The notes beneath the pieces were generated by a model that saw only the letters and a program-made list of their open reading frames with translations, had not been told where the DNA came from and ran no database searches. The position numbers were made by a program, and so were the translations under genes. Below, piece by piece: positions 9,379 to 25,383 of a DNA stretch of 64,000 bases; the stretch's first letter is position 1, and each line of letters begins with the position of its first letter. This DNA is from an uncultured cyanobacterium (GTDB taxonomy: Bacteria > Cyanobacteriota > Cyanobacteriia > CAKZMO01). The DNA is taken from positions 192,001 to 256,000 of the forward strand of contig CAVRCJ010000010.1 of NCBI GenBank assembly GCA_963719515.1, read 5' to 3'.

Positions 9379-10713
9379 CTACGCCACTGCCTTAATCAAT
9401 TCATAGAGCGATCGCATTCCCATCGCCTCGCCGCCCTCAGGCCGTCCTGGCTGAGATCGAATATTCCAAGCCATAAAGTCGAGATGTACCCAGGGAACGC
9501 TGGGTTGGACAAACTCCTGCAGAAATAGAGCAGCGGTAATTGCCCCGCCATAGGACCCGCTAGAGATATTGCAGATGTCTGCGATCTTGCTGTCGAGGAG
9601 GGAGCGGTAGGGCGAATGCAGCGGCATTCGCCACAGGGGATCGCCAGCTTGCTCGCCCAGTTCGAGCAGCTGGCTGGCGATCCCCTCGTCGTTGCAGAAA
9701 AGAGCCGGTAGCTCAGTTCCCAAAGCCGCCCGCGCTGCCCCGGTCAGCGTGGCGCAGTCTATCAAAAGCTGGGGGGATTCAGAGCAGGCTTCCCACAGGG
9801 CATCAGCCAAAATTAGCCGTCCCTCCGCGTCGGTATTGCCCACTTCCACAGTCATGCCCTTGCGAGATGACAGCACGTCGTAGGGGTGGGTTGCATTACC
9901 GGCGATACTGTTCTCGACGGCAGGGATCAAGAGCCGCAGCCGCACCGGCAGCTCTAGGGACATCACCATCAGGGCTAGTCCCAGCGTCTGGGCTGCGCCA
10001 CCCATGTCCTTCTTCATCAGCTTCATGCCGCTGGCAGACTTCATGTTTAGTCCACCCGTATCGAAGCAGACGCCTTTACCCACCAGGGTAACTTTGGGGT
10101 GGCTAGGATCGCCCCAGCGCACATCGATGAGACGGGGGCAGTGCTCGCTGGCTCGGCCCACCGCGTGAATCAGCGGGTAATTTTGCGTCAGTAGGTCGTC
10201 TCCTCGGACGACCGTAAATTCAGCGTCGCAGGAGTCCGCTACTTGCTTGACCTGTCGCTCTAGCTGCTCTGGGCCCATATCGCCAGCGGGGGTGTTGACG
10301 AGGTCGCGGACTAAGGCGATCGCCTCAGCGGTCACCTTCACGTAGTCGCGATCGCCTGCTTCAGGAATTTCTAGCTTGGCGTGGCTGGTGCGAGAGGCTT
10401 GTTTGTAGGTATCGAAGCAGTACTGCCCTGCCTGCCATCCCAGGCTTAACATCGTTGCCTCTTTTGGGGCCAGCTCGTCGGCTAGGCGGTAAGTCATCGG
10501 AGGTAAGCTTTGGGCCAGTCCCCCCAGCAGCCAGGGGTCTAAGTCTTCCGCGCGGCCTACCAGCACCTCATGTATTTCTCCACTCGCACTGGGGATGAGG
10601 CAGTGACTTCCAACCTCGCCCTTAAACTGTGATGCCCGCACCCAGGGATGTTTACCGTACCGCTGTTGAAGCTGCTCGGGCGTCACGAGATAAATGGGGA
10701 TTGAAGTAGACAT
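9379..10713 (-). CDS. Leucyl aminopeptidase (M17, PepB-like)
   Basis: GKGVCFDTGG, MKKDMGGAA and NTDAEGRL metal-binding motifs. Confidence 0.93.
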   Translation of the reverse strand: MSTSIPIYLVTPEQLQQRYGKHPWVRASQFKGEVGSHCLIPSASGEIHEVLVGRAEDLDPWLLGGLAQSLPPMTYRLADELAPKEATMLSLGWQAGQYCFDTYKQASRTSHAKLEIPEAGDRDYVKVTAEAIALVRDLVNTPAGDMGPEQLERQVKQVADSCDAEFTVVRGDDLLTQNYPLIHAVGRASEHCPRLIDVRWGDPSHPKVTLVGKGVCFDTGGLNMKSASGMKLMKKDMGGAAQTLGLALMVMSLELPVRLRLLIPAVENSIAGNATHPYDVLSSRKGMTVEVGNTDAEGRLILADALWEACSESPQLLIDCATLTGAARAALGTELPALFCNDEGIASQLLELGEQAGDPLWRMPLHSPYRSLLDSKIADICNISSGSYGGAITAALFLQEFVQPSVPWVHLDFMAWNIRSQPGRPEGGEAMGMRSLYELIKAVA

Positions 10714-11116
10714 ATTAGAGAGCCGGTGGAGATAGTTGAATACGCTTGAGCCGATGCTGCAGTCAGCGTTGAAGATTAAGCTGGCTCCGTCTGAGAGGGG
10801 GTGCCAACCGAACTACGCTGTTTGTTACAGAAGCTTACCAGATGCCGAAACGATTCTCTGATCTACGATCGCAGTCACTAGTCATTGTACTGGCTGTCCA
10901 ACGGTTCGGGCTGCGATCGCTAACTGCTTTCAAACTCTCCCATTGCGCCCAATCGAATGGTAATTGGCTCCACATCCGTCACCGCTTCGTGGGGACCTTG
11001 CTGGGTGTCTTTGGGAATGGTCTAGAGACAGCCGGCGCGGCACAATCGGTCATCCGCTTTGACCTGACCTGAGAGGGCAAACAGCGCCTTTTCTATTGCA
11101 GTAAGTCGGAGTGGGA

Positions 11117-11989
11117 CTAGCTTGTTTGTATTCGCATACTCAGATCCAGCCAGCGCGATCGCGTGATGGGAGCGCTGGTGGAGATATAGTCCACTCCCGT
11201 CTCCGCCACCGCCCGAATGGTCTCCAGCGTCACATTCCCTGAGGCTTCAATCTTGATGCGATCGCTCTGCTGCCGAATGAGCTGCACCGCCTCAATCATC
11301 ATTTGGGGTGACATATTGTCCAACATAATAATGTCGGCTTTGCTTTTGAGGGCGGCTTTGACCTGGAGAAGGCACTCGGTTTCCACCTCAATTGCCAACG
11401 GGTAAGGAACGCGGCGGCGAACCTGCTCTATTGCCTCAGCGATTCCGCCTGCTGCTGCAATGTGATTGTCTTTAATCATGACGCTGTCATCTAACCCCAT
11501 GCGGTGATTCTGCGCTCCCCCTACTTGAGTCGCATACTTTTCTAATAGCCGCAGCCCTGGCGTTGTTTTGCGGGTGTCTACGAGCTGCGCTGGCAGGTCA
11601 GCAATCGCCTCAATGTACTGCCGCGTGGCTGTGGCAATCCCAGATAGGCGCATTGCTAGATTGAGAGCAACCCGCTCCCCGGTTAGCAGGGCGCCAATAG
11701 GCCCTTCGAGTTCAACGATGATGTGCCCTGGGTGACAGTGGCTTCCTTCTGCGACTGCAGGACGAAATACAATAGACGGCTCTAGAAGCTGAAACACCCG
11801 AGGGGCGATCGCTAGGCCGGTCACGATGCCGTCTTCCTTACACACCCAGTTGGCCTGCCGCCGCACCGTGCTGCCGGAAAAAATGGCATCCGTGGTGCGA
11901 TCGCCGCGTCCAATATCTTCCTGTAGCCAAGCCCTGAGCATGGGGTCAAGCAAAATATCAGGTGGGATAACAGCGGTGGGAGTAGACAT
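11117..11989 (-). CDS. nadC: Nicotinate-nucleotide diphosphorylase (quinolinate phosphoribosyltransferase)
   Basis: DTRKTTPGLR, NHRMGLDD, IKDNH, IMLDNM and EASGN motifs. Confidence 0.96.
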   Translation of the reverse strand: MSTPTAVIPPDILLDPMLRAWLQEDIGRGDRTTDAIFSGSTVRRQANWVCKEDGIVTGLAIAPRVFQLLEPSIVFRPAVAEGSHCHPGHIIVELEGPIGALLTGERVALNLAMRLSGIATATRQYIEAIADLPAQLVDTRKTTPGLRLLEKYATQVGGAQNHRMGLDDSVMIKDNHIAAAGGIAEAIEQVRRRVPYPLAIEVETECLLQVKAALKSKADIIMLDNMSPQMMIEAVQLIRQQSDRIKIEASGNVTLETIRAVAETGVDYISTSAPITRSRWLDLSMRIQTS

Positions 11990-12234
11990 GGCCAGAGGTT
12001 GGACCTATATACGATATCTACCTATCGTATGACCCACGTTGCGTCATCTGGTCGTCAACGTCCTTTCTCAATCAGTGCTCAAAGTACGCGTCGATCTGTC
12101 AGGGTGCTCACCTCAAAGTAGGAAAATCGGGCAATGATGAGCTCAGATCTAAATTAGGGCGATCGCTCTAATTCCCGCCAGGCAAGGATTTCAAAGTAAT
12201 TTGGAGAAGTATCCAAGTTATTTCGGAAAAAAGG

Positions 12235-12264
12235 TTGACACCTAGCGGGAGATTTCGTTATATT
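12235..12264 (+). promoter_or_regulatory. sigma70-type rrn promoter
   Basis: TTGACA-N18-TATATT, ~310 bp upstream of 16S, preceded by an A-tract. Confidence 0.75.
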
Positions 12265-12571
12265 GTCTAAGCGGTCGAGAGGGAGCGGAGCGAAAGCGAA
12301 GCGAGCTCGAGGCCACCGAACCTAGACAAGAGAATAGTTTGAAAGCTAAGCGCATCTAGAATAAAGCTTGGATAACATACACTCCGTCGATAGGAAGCAT
12401 TAAGCTTTAGCACAGGGAGGGATAAGACCTAAACTTTGTTGAGATTAGTGTATCACTAGAAGACGAAAGAAAGAATGATTCCGAGATAAGGATAACTTAT
12501 CTGAGGGATTGGATAGACTCAGTGCTTGATATTCATTTAGTTTTGTCTGAGTGAATTTGAGAGTACAACCA

Positions 12572-14058
<1,487 letters not shown>

Positions 14059-14196
14059 AAGGGAGACCTACCCGTTAGCGACTGTCTAATATATGACGTT
14101 GCTGATGAGGTCACTCTAAGGTCGGTCCAAGCAGTATTTATTTTGGGTGCAGTGTTTAGCTTTCAAACTATGTTTAGGTTTACCAAAACCAATTAC

Positions 14197-14270
<74 letters not shown>

Positions 14271-14289
14271 CTGCTACGGCTTTAGTCGT

Positions 14290-14365
14290 GGGGGTATAGC
14301 TCAGTTGGTAGAGCGCCTGCTTTGCAAGCAGGACGTCAGCGGTTCGAGTCCGCTTACCTCCACCA
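14290..14365 (+). tRNA. tRNA-Ala (TGC)
   Basis: GGGGGTATAGCTCAG...TTTGCAA...TACCTCCACCA in the ITS. Confidence 0.96.
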
Positions 14366-14567
14366 ATTGGAATACTCGACTAGAACACTCGAGTGAACTA
14401 GGTGAATTCAGCACTCAATCAGGCGAAGGCTTAGATGGGCTGCTGAGCTCAAGAAGTTCAGCAAAGAACCTTGAAAACTGCATAGAAGAACAAACAACTG
14501 TCAGGTAGTTGATTTAGGTTGTGTAAAAGCAATTTAGAGAACGAAACAGACAAAAGCCGAAAGTAGT

Positions 14568-17380
<2,813 letters not shown>

Positions 17381-17452
17381 CAAACTTTCAGCTCGCTTTG
17401 TTCTTCTGTGCAGTCCTCAGGGCTCTATAAATTCAATAGACCCATCAGCTCT

Positions 17453-17570
17453 TCTGGTGTCTATGGCGCGGTGGACCCACTCTGACTCCATCCCGAACTC
17501 AGATAGTGAAACATCGCAGCGGCGAAGATACTTTGGGGGTAGCCCCGCGGGAAAATAGCTCGATGCCAGG
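17453..17570 (+). rRNA. rrf: 5S rRNA
   Basis: CTGGTGTCTATGG...CCATCCCGAACTC...GATGCCAGG. Confidence 0.93.
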
Positions 17571-17581
17571 TGATTATTAAA

Positions 17582-17620
17582 CAAACTGCCCCTACAGCCT
17601 CAAACTGTAGGGGCAGTTTG
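17582..17620 (+). terminator. rrn terminator hairpin
   Basis: Perfect 16-bp stem CAAACTGCCCCTACAG / CTGTAGGGGCAGTTTG just after 5S. Confidence 0.8.
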
Positions 17621-17681
17621 CTATTAGAGCTAGGTAATTGGGAACGTTAGGTAGCGCATCTCAACCATCAGGAGCATCGAT

Positions 17682-18089
17682 ATGGCTAGTGCAGGCTTAA
17701 ATAAATGGATTGTCAGCGGTAATCTGGCTGCTGACGCAGAAGTAAAGACCGTCGAGCTGCGCAGTGGCGATCGCGCCCAGGTTGCTACAGCAACCCTCTA
17801 CGTGCAAAAGCTACGCGATCGCAAGGACTCGTTCACGGTCTCACTCAACGTCTGGGAAAGTTCGGCAGCTTGGCGAAAGCTACCCTACATGACTAAAGGT
17901 TCTCTAATCATCTGCACCGGCAGTATCGAGCCCCAGCCCTATATCTCCAATGGCGACGGTAAGCCGAAGGCGGGGCTGTCAATGACGGTACTGGATGTTG
18001 ATTTGGACGTGATTCGTGGCCTGGATTCTAACCCGGACTCGACTGCTGAAGCCAGTGCTACTGAGGACGAGACCGCCCTTGTAGACTAG
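17682..18089 (+). CDS. Single-stranded DNA-binding protein-like (OB fold)
   Basis: LNKWIVSGNLAADAEV...VW...KGSLIICTGSI pattern; acidic tail without the canonical IPF end. Confidence 0.75.
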   Translation: MASAGLNKWIVSGNLAADAEVKTVELRSGDRAQVATATLYVQKLRDRKDSFTVSLNVWESSAAWRKLPYMTKGSLIICTGSIEPQPYISNGDGKPKAGLSMTVLDVDLDVIRGLDSNPDSTAEASATEDETALVD

Positions 18090-18096
18090 CCATACC

Positions 18097-21000
18097 TCAG
18101 CCGAAGCCACCTCCCCCCGGCGTTTCAATTGCGATCGCATCTCCAGGCTGCATATCGACTTGGGCGCTGCCCAATAGTATCTCTACTACACCATTGGCTC
18201 GCTCTACTTTATTGAGCCCGATTTTTCCCGCTTCTCCGCCTTCAAGCCCAAAGGGGGGAATTATCCGATGTCCTGAAAGGATTGCTGCTGTCATAGCCTC
18301 ACGAAACCGAAGACGACGCAGAACGCCATTTCCGCCTCGATGCTGTCCGCTCCCCCCGCTCCCCTGGCGAATTGAAAACTCTTCCACCAGTACCGGAAAG
18401 CGCCATTCTAAAACCTCCGGGTCAGTGAGCCGCGAGTTGGTCATATGGGTTTGAACTGCGTCTGCGCCGTTGAAATTGGGTCCAGCCCCTGCGCCGCCGC
18501 AGATGGTCTCGTAGTACTGGTAGCGATCGCTGCCAAAGGTAAAGTTGTTCATGGTGCCTTGCCCCGCCGCCATCATGCCCAGCGCACCGTAGAGAGCGTT
18601 AGCGATCGCCTGCGAGGTTTCTACATTTCCCGCCACAACGGCTGCCGGATAGCGAGGATTGAGCATACAGCCCTCAGGAATGGTGATCTGTAGCGGCGCG
18701 AGACAGCCCGCATTGAGGGGAATTTCGTCATCGACTAGGGTGCGGAAGACATATAGCACTACCGCCTTGCCGATAGCAAGGGGGGCGTTGAGGTTATTGT
18801 CCTGCTGAGGCGAGGTGCCGGTAAAGTCTACGTGGGCCGTGCGCTGGGTGCGATCGATGGTGACAGCGACCTGAATGACGCTGCCGCCATCCATGGGGTA
18901 GGTGAACTGCCCATCGCTCAGCTTTTCAATAACTCGCTGCACTGAGGCTGTAGCGTTAGTCTGCACGTGACCCATATAATCCTGAACAACATTTAGGCCA
19001 TAGTGGTCGCTGACGCGGCGCAATTCCTGAATGCCTCGTTCGTTGGCGGCAATCTGCGCTTTAAGGTCAGCTAGGGTCTGAGCCGGATTGCGGGCGGGAT
19101 AGGGCCCGGACGTCAGGCGCTCAATCAGCGCTTTTTCTTGAAAACGACCTTCAGCTACGAGGGGTAAGTTGTCTAGCAGCACGCCCTCCTCTTCAATGGA
19201 GCGGCTATAGGGGGGCATCGAGCCCGGCGTGATGCCGCCAATATCGGCGTGATGGCCCCGCGAGGCGACGTAGAAGACAGGCTGCTCAGCATTTAGAAAT
19301 ACTGGCGTGATCACCGTAACGTCAGGCAGGTGGGTGCCGCCGTTGTAGGGGTTATTGGAGAGATATACGTTCCCCGGCTGCATCTGCCGCGCCGCAATCA
19401 GGCTGCTGACGCTCTCGCTCATGGAGCCCAAATGCACGGGGATATGAGGCGCATTGGCGACCAACCGGCCCTGAGCGTCGAACAGGGCGCAGGAGAAGTC
19501 AAGCCGCTCCTTAATATTGACCGAATGGCTGGTGTTCTGAAGGGTAATGCCCATCTCATCGGCGATCGCCTTGAACAGATTATTGAAGATCTCCAGCACC
19601 ACGGGATCAGGCTGGGCCTTTGCCTGAGAAATAGCTGGAACATTGGAAGTCTTAGACGCTTTGATGCGGCGGATCGCTAAGTGGTTCTGCTTAGTGAGGG
19701 TCGCTTTCCAGCCCAACTCAACGACGTTGGTGCCCGTCGCCTCCACAATCAAGGCGGCCCCACGTACCTCGTCGCCGGACCGCAGATCCTGCCTCCGGTA
19801 CACCGGAGCCTCGTGCCAGCTATCGCCGCTATACAGAGATACCGCTGCGACAGGAGCAAGCGGGGCAGTTCGCTTAGGGGGGACCCAATCCTGCTGCAGC
19901 GACGGCGTTTCCCCAATTACCTCCACCGACACCGCCTCCACCGTCAACGGCATATCGACTGTGGCAAAGCCGTAGCGCTGCCGATGCTGCTCATGAAACT
20001 GCGATCGCATCTCTTCCACGCTGCCCACCTCTACCAGCAAGGATGAGTCGGTGCCAGGGTAGCGCAGGTGGGCCTTGCACCTGATGCGGATGCAGTCGGG
20101 CGCAATATCCTGACCCAAAATTTCCTTCCGCCCCGCTGCCGCGAGCTCATCTAAAACTCGGTTAATTTGAGGCAGCGTCTCCGCCAATAGCCCAACCTCC
20201 ACTGCTCTCTCCCGCAGGGTGCGCAGGTCTGCTAGCCCAATTCCATAGGCCGACAGTACCCCCGCGTAGGGGTGCAGAAAAATCTGCGTCATCCCCAACG
20301 CCTCAGCAATTAAGCAGGCGTGCTGCCCCCCCGCCCCGCCAAAGCAGCATAGGGTATAGTCCGTGACGTCGTAGCCCCGCTGCACTGAGATTTTTTTAAT
20401 AGCGCTGGCCATCTTATCCACGGCAATGGTGAGATAGCCCGCCGCCACCTGCTCTGGAGACCGCTGGTCACCGGTCTGCTCGTCAATGACCTTGGCCTGC
20501 TCCGCAAAGGCCCGCTGCACTGCTTCCCTATCCAAAGGCAAATCCCCCTCGGGCCCAAACACCTTAGGAAACAGCTCTGGCTGCAGCTTCCCCAGCATGA
20601 CGTTGCAGTCGGTGACCGTCAGCGGCCCGCCTTGACGATAGCAGGCTGGTCCGGGCTGCGCTCCGGCGGACTCGGGGCCGACCCGATACCGGGCCCCATC
20701 GAAGGATAAAATCGAGCCGCCGCCTGCCGCCACGGTGTGAATGGAGAGCATGGGCGATCGCAGCCTAACTCCGGCGATTTCCGTTTCAAAGGTGCGCTCA
20801 TACTCCCCGTTGAAGTGAGAGACATCGGTGGAGGTGCCTCCCATGTCAAATCCAATGATGCGACTGAATCCTGCCTGCTGGCTGGTTTTCACGGCCCCTA
20901 CGATGCCCCCGGCAGGCCCAGAAAGCAGGCTGTCTTTACCTTGAAAGAGCTGTGCGTCCGTCAGCCCGCCGTCGGACTTCATGAACTGAAGCTTTGGCCC

Positions 21001-21768
21001 TGCGTCTGGTCCCCTCAGCGCTGCCGCCACCTGATCAACATAGCGCCGCAGCACGGGCGACAGGTAGGCATCTACAACGGTGGTATCCCCGCGACTGACA
21101 AACTTCATTACCGGACTCACCTCGTGGGAAACCGACACCTGGGTAAAGCCGATATCTCGGGCGATCGCCGACACCTGCTGCTCATGGTCTGGGTAGCGAT
21201 AGCCGTGAAGGAACAAGACGGCGCAGGCGCGAATGCCGTCGTCGTAGGCAGCCTGAAGGGCGGTAGTCACTCGCGCTAGCTCATGATCATTAGGGGCAAC
21301 GAGCTCTTCTCCTTCAGCGGTGTAGCGCTCTTTCACCTCCACCACCTGCTCGTAAAGCATCTCCGGCAGCACAATTTCTCGGGCGAAGATGTCGGGGCGA
21401 TCTTGGTAGCCGATGCGCAGAGCATCCCGGAAGCCTCGGGTGGTAATAAGCAGGGTGCGATCGCCTTTGCGCTCTAGCAGGGCGTTGGTGGCCACGGTAG
21501 TGCCCATCTTGACGACTTCAATTTCTTTGGCTGGAATGGTGGCTTCGGGCGAGAGCCCGAGAATATCGCGGATGCCTTGAATAACGGCGTCGGGGTAGCG
21601 ATCGGGGTTCTCCGAAAGCAGTTTGTAGACGATCACCCAGCGCTGATTCGGTAAGGGCGTGACTTGAAAGCGATCTTGGGCCGCAAGGCGCTGGGCGACC
21701 TGCGAACTATCGGTAACGGCAACGAGGTCGGTAAAGGTGCCACCGCGATCGGCAAAAACTTTAAGCAT
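18097..21768 (-). CDS. ATP-dependent 5-oxoprolinase (fused hydantoinase A/B)
   Basis: [40 protein letters not shown] and ETPGGGG motifs; start at ATG 21768. Confidence 0.93.
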   Translation of the reverse strand: MLKVFADRGGTFTDLVAVTDSSQVAQRLAAQDRFQVTPLPNQRWVIVYKLLSENPDRYPDAVIQGIRDILGLSPEATIPAKEIEVVKMGTTVATNALLERKGDRTLLITTRGFRDALRIGYQDRPDIFAREIVLPEMLYEQVVEVKERYTAEGEELVAPNDHELARVTTALQAAYDDGIRACAVLFLHGYRYPDHEQQVSAIARDIGFTQVSVSHEVSPVMKFVSRGDTTVVDAYLSPVLRRYVDQVAAALRGPDAGPKLQFMKSDGGLTDAQLFQGKDSLLSGPAGGIVGAVKTSQQAGFSRIIGFDMGGTSTDVSHFNGEYERTFETEIAGVRLRSPMLSIHTVAAGGGSILSFDGARYRVGPESAGAQPGPACYRQGGPLTVTDCNVMLGKLQPELFPKVFGPEGDLPLDREAVQRAFAEQAKVIDEQTGDQRSPEQVAAGYLTIAVDKMASAIKKISVQRGYDVTDYTLCCFGGAGGQHACLIAEALGMTQIFLHPYAGVLSAYGIGLADLRTLRERAVEVGLLAETLPQINRVLDELAAAGRKEILGQDIAPDCIRIRCKAHLRYPGTDSSLLVEVGSVEEMRSQFHEQHRQRYGFATVDMPLTVEAVSVEVIGETPSLQQDWVPPKRTAPLAPVAAVSLYSGDSWHEAPVYRRQDLRSGDEVRGAALIVEATGTNVVELGWKATLTKQNHLAIRRIKASKTSNVPAISQAKAQPDPVVLEIFNNLFKAIADEMGITLQNTSHSVNIKERLDFSCALFDAQGRLVANAPHIPVHLGSMSESVSSLIAARQMQPGNVYLSNNPYNGGTHLPDVTVITPVFLNAEQPVFYVASRGHHADIGGITPGSMPPYSRSIEEEGVLLDNLPLVAEGRFQEKALIERLTSGPYPARNPAQTLADLKAQIAANERGIQELRRVSDHYGLNVVQDYMGHVQTNATASVQRVIEKLSDGQFTYPMDGGSVIQVAVTIDRTQRTAHVDFTGTSPQQDNNLNAPLAIGKAVVLYVFRTLVDDEIPLNAGCLAPLQITIPEGCMLNPRYPAAVVAGNVETSQAIANALYGALGMMAAGQGTMNNFTFGSDRYQYYETICGGAGAGPNFNGADAVQTHMTNSRLTDPEVLEWRFPVLVEEFSIRQGSGGSGQHRGGNGVLRRLRFREAMTAAILSGHRIIPPFGLEGGEAGKIGLNKVERANGVVEILLGSAQVDMQPGDAIAIETPGGGGFG

Positions 21769-22212
21769 TATTTTTCTCTGTAAATCCTGTACGAACCCGG
21801 TCATTCCCGGTCGGTATCAATTTCTAACGTTTCAACAACCTGCCGTTGATGATCCATGTCGGTGCTACAGCTATTTTTTAGACCTGCCTCTAACCTAGAA
21901 CAGCTGGAGGGCTAAGAGAGCCAACGCCTGTCGCTGATTACGCCGACAGCTGTTGCTCCCTGAGATCAATGACCGCAGAGAGGGGTAATCTTTTTGTCTA
22001 TGGACTAGCTTTCTGAGAAGATTCCTCACAGTTGTTCATCATGTAACTACTCTGATCGATCTGTATCGTCTTGTATCTCCCTTACCTTCAAGACCGACTG
22101 AGATACGCTATCGTCAAAACGTGTTTTCCCCCCTATTCACCTCCTACGCTTTGATTCTCGTTTTGTTAACGAGCCATTATCCCTACAGTCATCTTTAGGA
22201 GGACTCTCTACA

Positions 22213-22419
22213 ATGACTCCATCCCTGGTTAGAAATCTTTGGTCTTTAGTGGACCGCGCTCAGGCTAGGCTGCCCCTCGACCTAGACGACAGCAGTTTAA
22301 CCGACTGGCTCGTCACTCAGGTTCGCTCTGAGCAACCGCTTAATGGCCAAGAAACCGCAGCGCTAGACGGCTACGTCCGCTCGCGACTACTGCTGATTCG
22401 GGACCTAGTGCAGACATAG
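22213..22419 (+). CDS. Small hypothetical protein (68 aa)
   Basis: AGGAGG SD upstream; plausible helical protein ending RSRLLLIRDL. Confidence 0.65.
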   Translation: MTPSLVRNLWSLVDRAQARLPLDLDDSSLTDWLVTQVRSEQPLNGQETAALDGYVRSRLLLIRDLVQT

Positions 22420-22460
22420 TTTACCTCAGCAGAAAAGCTGAAACAGAGAAGGGTGAAACT

Positions 22461-22474
22461 GTACAGTTTGATAC
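22461..22474. promoter_or_regulatory. Putative NtcA box
   Basis: tGTA-cagtttga-TACa matches GTA-N8-TAC, upstream of the amino-acid ABC operon. Confidence 0.6.
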
Positions 22475-22632
22475 AAACAGAATCGTGAACCGATGGAATG
22501 TTAAGAGCAGTTAATGTTAAGAGCAGTTAATGTCACAGAAGCGGATTTTGATGGCTCCGCAGATTTGCGCTGAATGCAGTCATCTACTACTCTGAACAGA
22601 CTTAAGTGAAACGTGAAGTTGAGATATCAAAC

Positions 22633-23709
22633 ATGACTAAGTGGCGTTCCTTGCTTGCGATGATGGTTTTAGCGATCGCTCCGATTGCTGCCTGCGCGTC
22701 CCCACCCGACAGCTCGGCGGGAGCTGATGGCGACGGCGAGACGGCATCTAGCGGCGGCTCAGGGCGGCTTCAGACCCTACTTGACCGGGGAGAACTGGTT
22801 TGCGGCGTTGAGGGCAACATCCCTGGCTTTAGCTTTGTTGACGAAAGCGGTGAGTACTCCGGCATTGATGTGGACTACTGCCGCGCCGTAGCCGCTGCCT
22901 TATTCGATGACCCCGACGCGGTGCAGTACCGCAACCTCGACTCCACCGAGCGCTTCACGGCGTTGTCCGGCGGTGAGGTCGACATGCTGGCCCGCAACAC
23001 CACCTGGACCATCAGCCGCGACACCTCGGTGGGCCTCGAATTTGCCCCCACGACCTTCTACGATGGTCAAGGCATGATGGTGGGTACCGATTCGGGCATT
23101 TCCACCCTAGAAGATTTCGGCGGCAAGTCGGTCTGCGTTGAGACGGGCACCACCACCGAGCTCAACCTAACGGACCAGATGAGCAAGCTGGGCGTGGACT
23201 TTGAGCCGGTGGTGTTCCAAGACGCCAACGCCGCCTATGCCGCCTACTCAGAAGGCCGCTGCGAAGGCATGACCTCTGATAAGTCGCAGCTGGTGGCGCG
23301 TCGCTCGACGCTGCCCGACCCCGACGCCCATACGGTGCTTGAGGTCACCATGTCCAAGGAGCCCCTAGGCCCTGTGACCATCAACAACGACTCCGGTCTA
23401 TTTGACGTGGTCAAGTGGGTGACCTTTGCCACCATCGAAGCCGAGGAGCTAGGGCTGACTCAGGACAATGTCGAAGAGGCACTCAACAGCGAAGATCCCA
23501 ACGTGCTCCGCTTTGTGGGCGCTGAAGGTGAGCTGGGCGAAGGTCTGGGTCTGAGTAATGATTTTGCCTACCGCGTCGTCAAGGCTGTGGGGAACTACGG
23601 TGAAATCTATGCTCGTAACCTGGGTGAGGACTCTCAGTTCAACCTCGACCGAGGCCTCAACGACCTGTGGACCAACGGCGGGCTGCTGTATTCGCCCCCA
23701 TTCCGATAG
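22633..23709 (+). CDS. natF: Amino-acid ABC transporter substrate-binding lipoprotein (NatF/AapJ/BztA type)
   Basis: Lipobox IAAC; RNTTWTISRD, SKEPLGP and GGLLYSPPFR motifs. Confidence 0.85.
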   Translation: MTKWRSLLAMMVLAIAPIAACASPPDSSAGADGDGETASSGGSGRLQTLLDRGELVCGVEGNIPGFSFVDESGEYSGIDVDYCRAVAAALFDDPDAVQYRNLDSTERFTALSGGEVDMLARNTTWTISRDTSVGLEFAPTTFYDGQGMMVGTDSGISTLEDFGGKSVCVETGTTTELNLTDQMSKLGVDFEPVVFQDANAAYAAYSEGRCEGMTSDKSQLVARRSTLPDPDAHTVLEVTMSKEPLGPVTINNDSGLFDVVKWVTFATIEAEELGLTQDNVEEALNSEDPNVLRFVGAEGELGEGLGLSNDFAYRVVKAVGNYGEIYARNLGEDSQFNLDRGLNDLWTNGGLLYSPPFR

Positions 23710-23989
23710 ATTGATCCGATCCGCTTAGGGTACGTAATAGTCCTTAACGCAACTTTAATCTATCGTTAATCGATGAAACGGCTAGTGGCTGCGGCGACTG
23801 GCCGTTTCTTTATGGTCGGGCGACGACGGCATTTTGCCCCGGATGATAATAAATTACGTTACGAAGGCGACATTCGCGATCGCCTGTATGGTGCAGGATA
23901 GCGTTAACTATATGGTGTGAGTCCATTGACATATCGCTGCAGCGCATATGGCCCTAATGCTCACAGGCGCTCAGTAACTGAATGCAATT

Positions 23990-25381
23990 ATGACCAGCAG
24001 CTCGGACCCCAACAAGGTTGCCCTTTGGCGAGACGAACGATTTTGGAAACTCGCGTTCCAGGTGATCACCCTTGCGGCGGTGATTATAGCTCTCTCTATC
24101 TTAGGAACCAACCTCAGCCGAAACATGGCCCGTCAGGGCATCAACTTTGGCTTCTCTTTCTTAGAAAACTCTTCCGGCTTTGGCGTCGGTGAAACATTAA
24201 TTGACCTACAGCGCCAAGACCCCTACATCAAGGTCTTAGCCGCCGGACTGATCAACTCCCTCAGGGCAATCGCGGTGGCGGTAGTGCTCACCACCATTGT
24301 GGGCATATTGGCAGGGGTGGCTAGCTTCTCAGACAACTGGCTAGTCTACAAAATCAGCCGCGCCTACGTCGGCCTCATCCGCAACGTCCCCCTGCTGCTG
24401 CAGCTGTTCTTCTGGTATTTTGCGATTTTCTCGCAGGCCCCTTCTGCAGAGGAGCAGTTCAACCTATTTGGCTTAGTAGCGCTCAGCAAGCGGGGCCTCT
24501 ATCTGCCGGGGCCGTCCTTTACCGACTCAAACTGGCTGGGGCTAGTGCTGCTGGCGCTTGCCCTTCTGTTTGGTGGACTGCTGTGGAAGCTGGTGAGCGA
24601 CGTACGCAGGCCCCACATCGGCACCGTTGGTTTAGTAAAGCGGGTGGTGTCGGGCATAGCTGCCGCCGTCGTAGCGCTGGCGGAACTGTGGCTGATTGGC
24701 TATGGCCTTAGCTATGTCGTTGACGGACCAGCCGAAGGGTTCAACCTTGGCCCTGGGGCCTGGCTGCCGGTGATTGCGGTGGCGGCCATTGTGCTGCTGC
24801 TGGTGTGGCAGTGGCGCACCAAAGCAATCGTCGAGCAGGGTGCGTCTGGAGACTCCTATCTCAAGGGCATGTGGGCGATCGCCGCCGCCATTTTGCTGAT
24901 GATAGTCTTTGGCCTGGGGTGGCAGACGCCTACAGCGGCAGAGGGCGGCGGGTCCAGCGGCGGCCTGCGGCTCTCGCTAGAGTACGCGGCGGCGGTGACG
25001 GCGCTGGTATTTTACACCGGAGCCTTCATCGCAGAAATCGTGCGCGGGGGCATCCAGTCGGTGTCTAAGGGACAGTGGGAAGCGGCGCGATCGCTAGGGT
25101 TACCCACCGACATGGCCATGCGGCTGGTGGTGTTTCCCCAGGCGCTGCGGGTAATCATTCCGCCCCTCAACAGCGAATACATGAACCTGACGAAGAACTC
25201 CAGTCTGGCCTTTGCCATCGGCTACCCGGATCTGTATTCGGTCTCTAACACCACCTACAACCAAACCGGACGGCCCGTCGAAGTATTCATTGTTCTGATC
25301 GCCACCTATCTCATCCTGTGTCTGCTGATATCCGTCAGCATGAACCAGCTCAACAACACCGTTCAGCTTAAGGAGCGCTAG
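23990..25381 (+). CDS. natG: Amino-acid ABC permease (NatG/AapQ type)
   Basis: RNVPLLLQL; EAA loop AEIVRGGIQSVSKGQWEAARSLG. Confidence 0.82.
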   Translation: MTSSSDPNKVALWRDERFWKLAFQVITLAAVIIALSILGTNLSRNMARQGINFGFSFLENSSGFGVGETLIDLQRQDPYIKVLAAGLINSLRAIAVAVVLTTIVGILAGVASFSDNWLVYKISRAYVGLIRNVPLLLQLFFWYFAIFSQAPSAEEQFNLFGLVALSKRGLYLPGPSFTDSNWLGLVLLALALLFGGLLWKLVSDVRRPHIGTVGLVKRVVSGIAAAVVALAELWLIGYGLSYVVDGPAEGFNLGPGAWLPVIAVAAIVLLLVWQWRTKAIVEQGASGDSYLKGMWAIAAAILLMIVFGLGWQTPTAAEGGGSSGGLRLSLEYAAAVTALVFYTGAFIAEIVRGGIQSVSKGQWEAARSLGLPTDMAMRLVVFPQALRVIIPPLNSEYMNLTKNSSLAFAIGYPDLYSVSNTTYNQTGRPVEVFIVLIATYLILCLLISVSMNQLNNTVQLKER

Positions 25382-25383
25382 AC

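Noticed and set aside
6887..9380. att-site duplication of the tRNA-Met 3' end around the R-M genes
   Set aside because: Only a 9-bp match (GTCGCAGGT) upstream of the tRNA; no duplicated tRNA end found downstream and no integrase
10842..11100. Short ORFs between the aminopeptidase and nadC
   Set aside because: No recognisable motif on either strand; minus-strand frames are interrupted by stops
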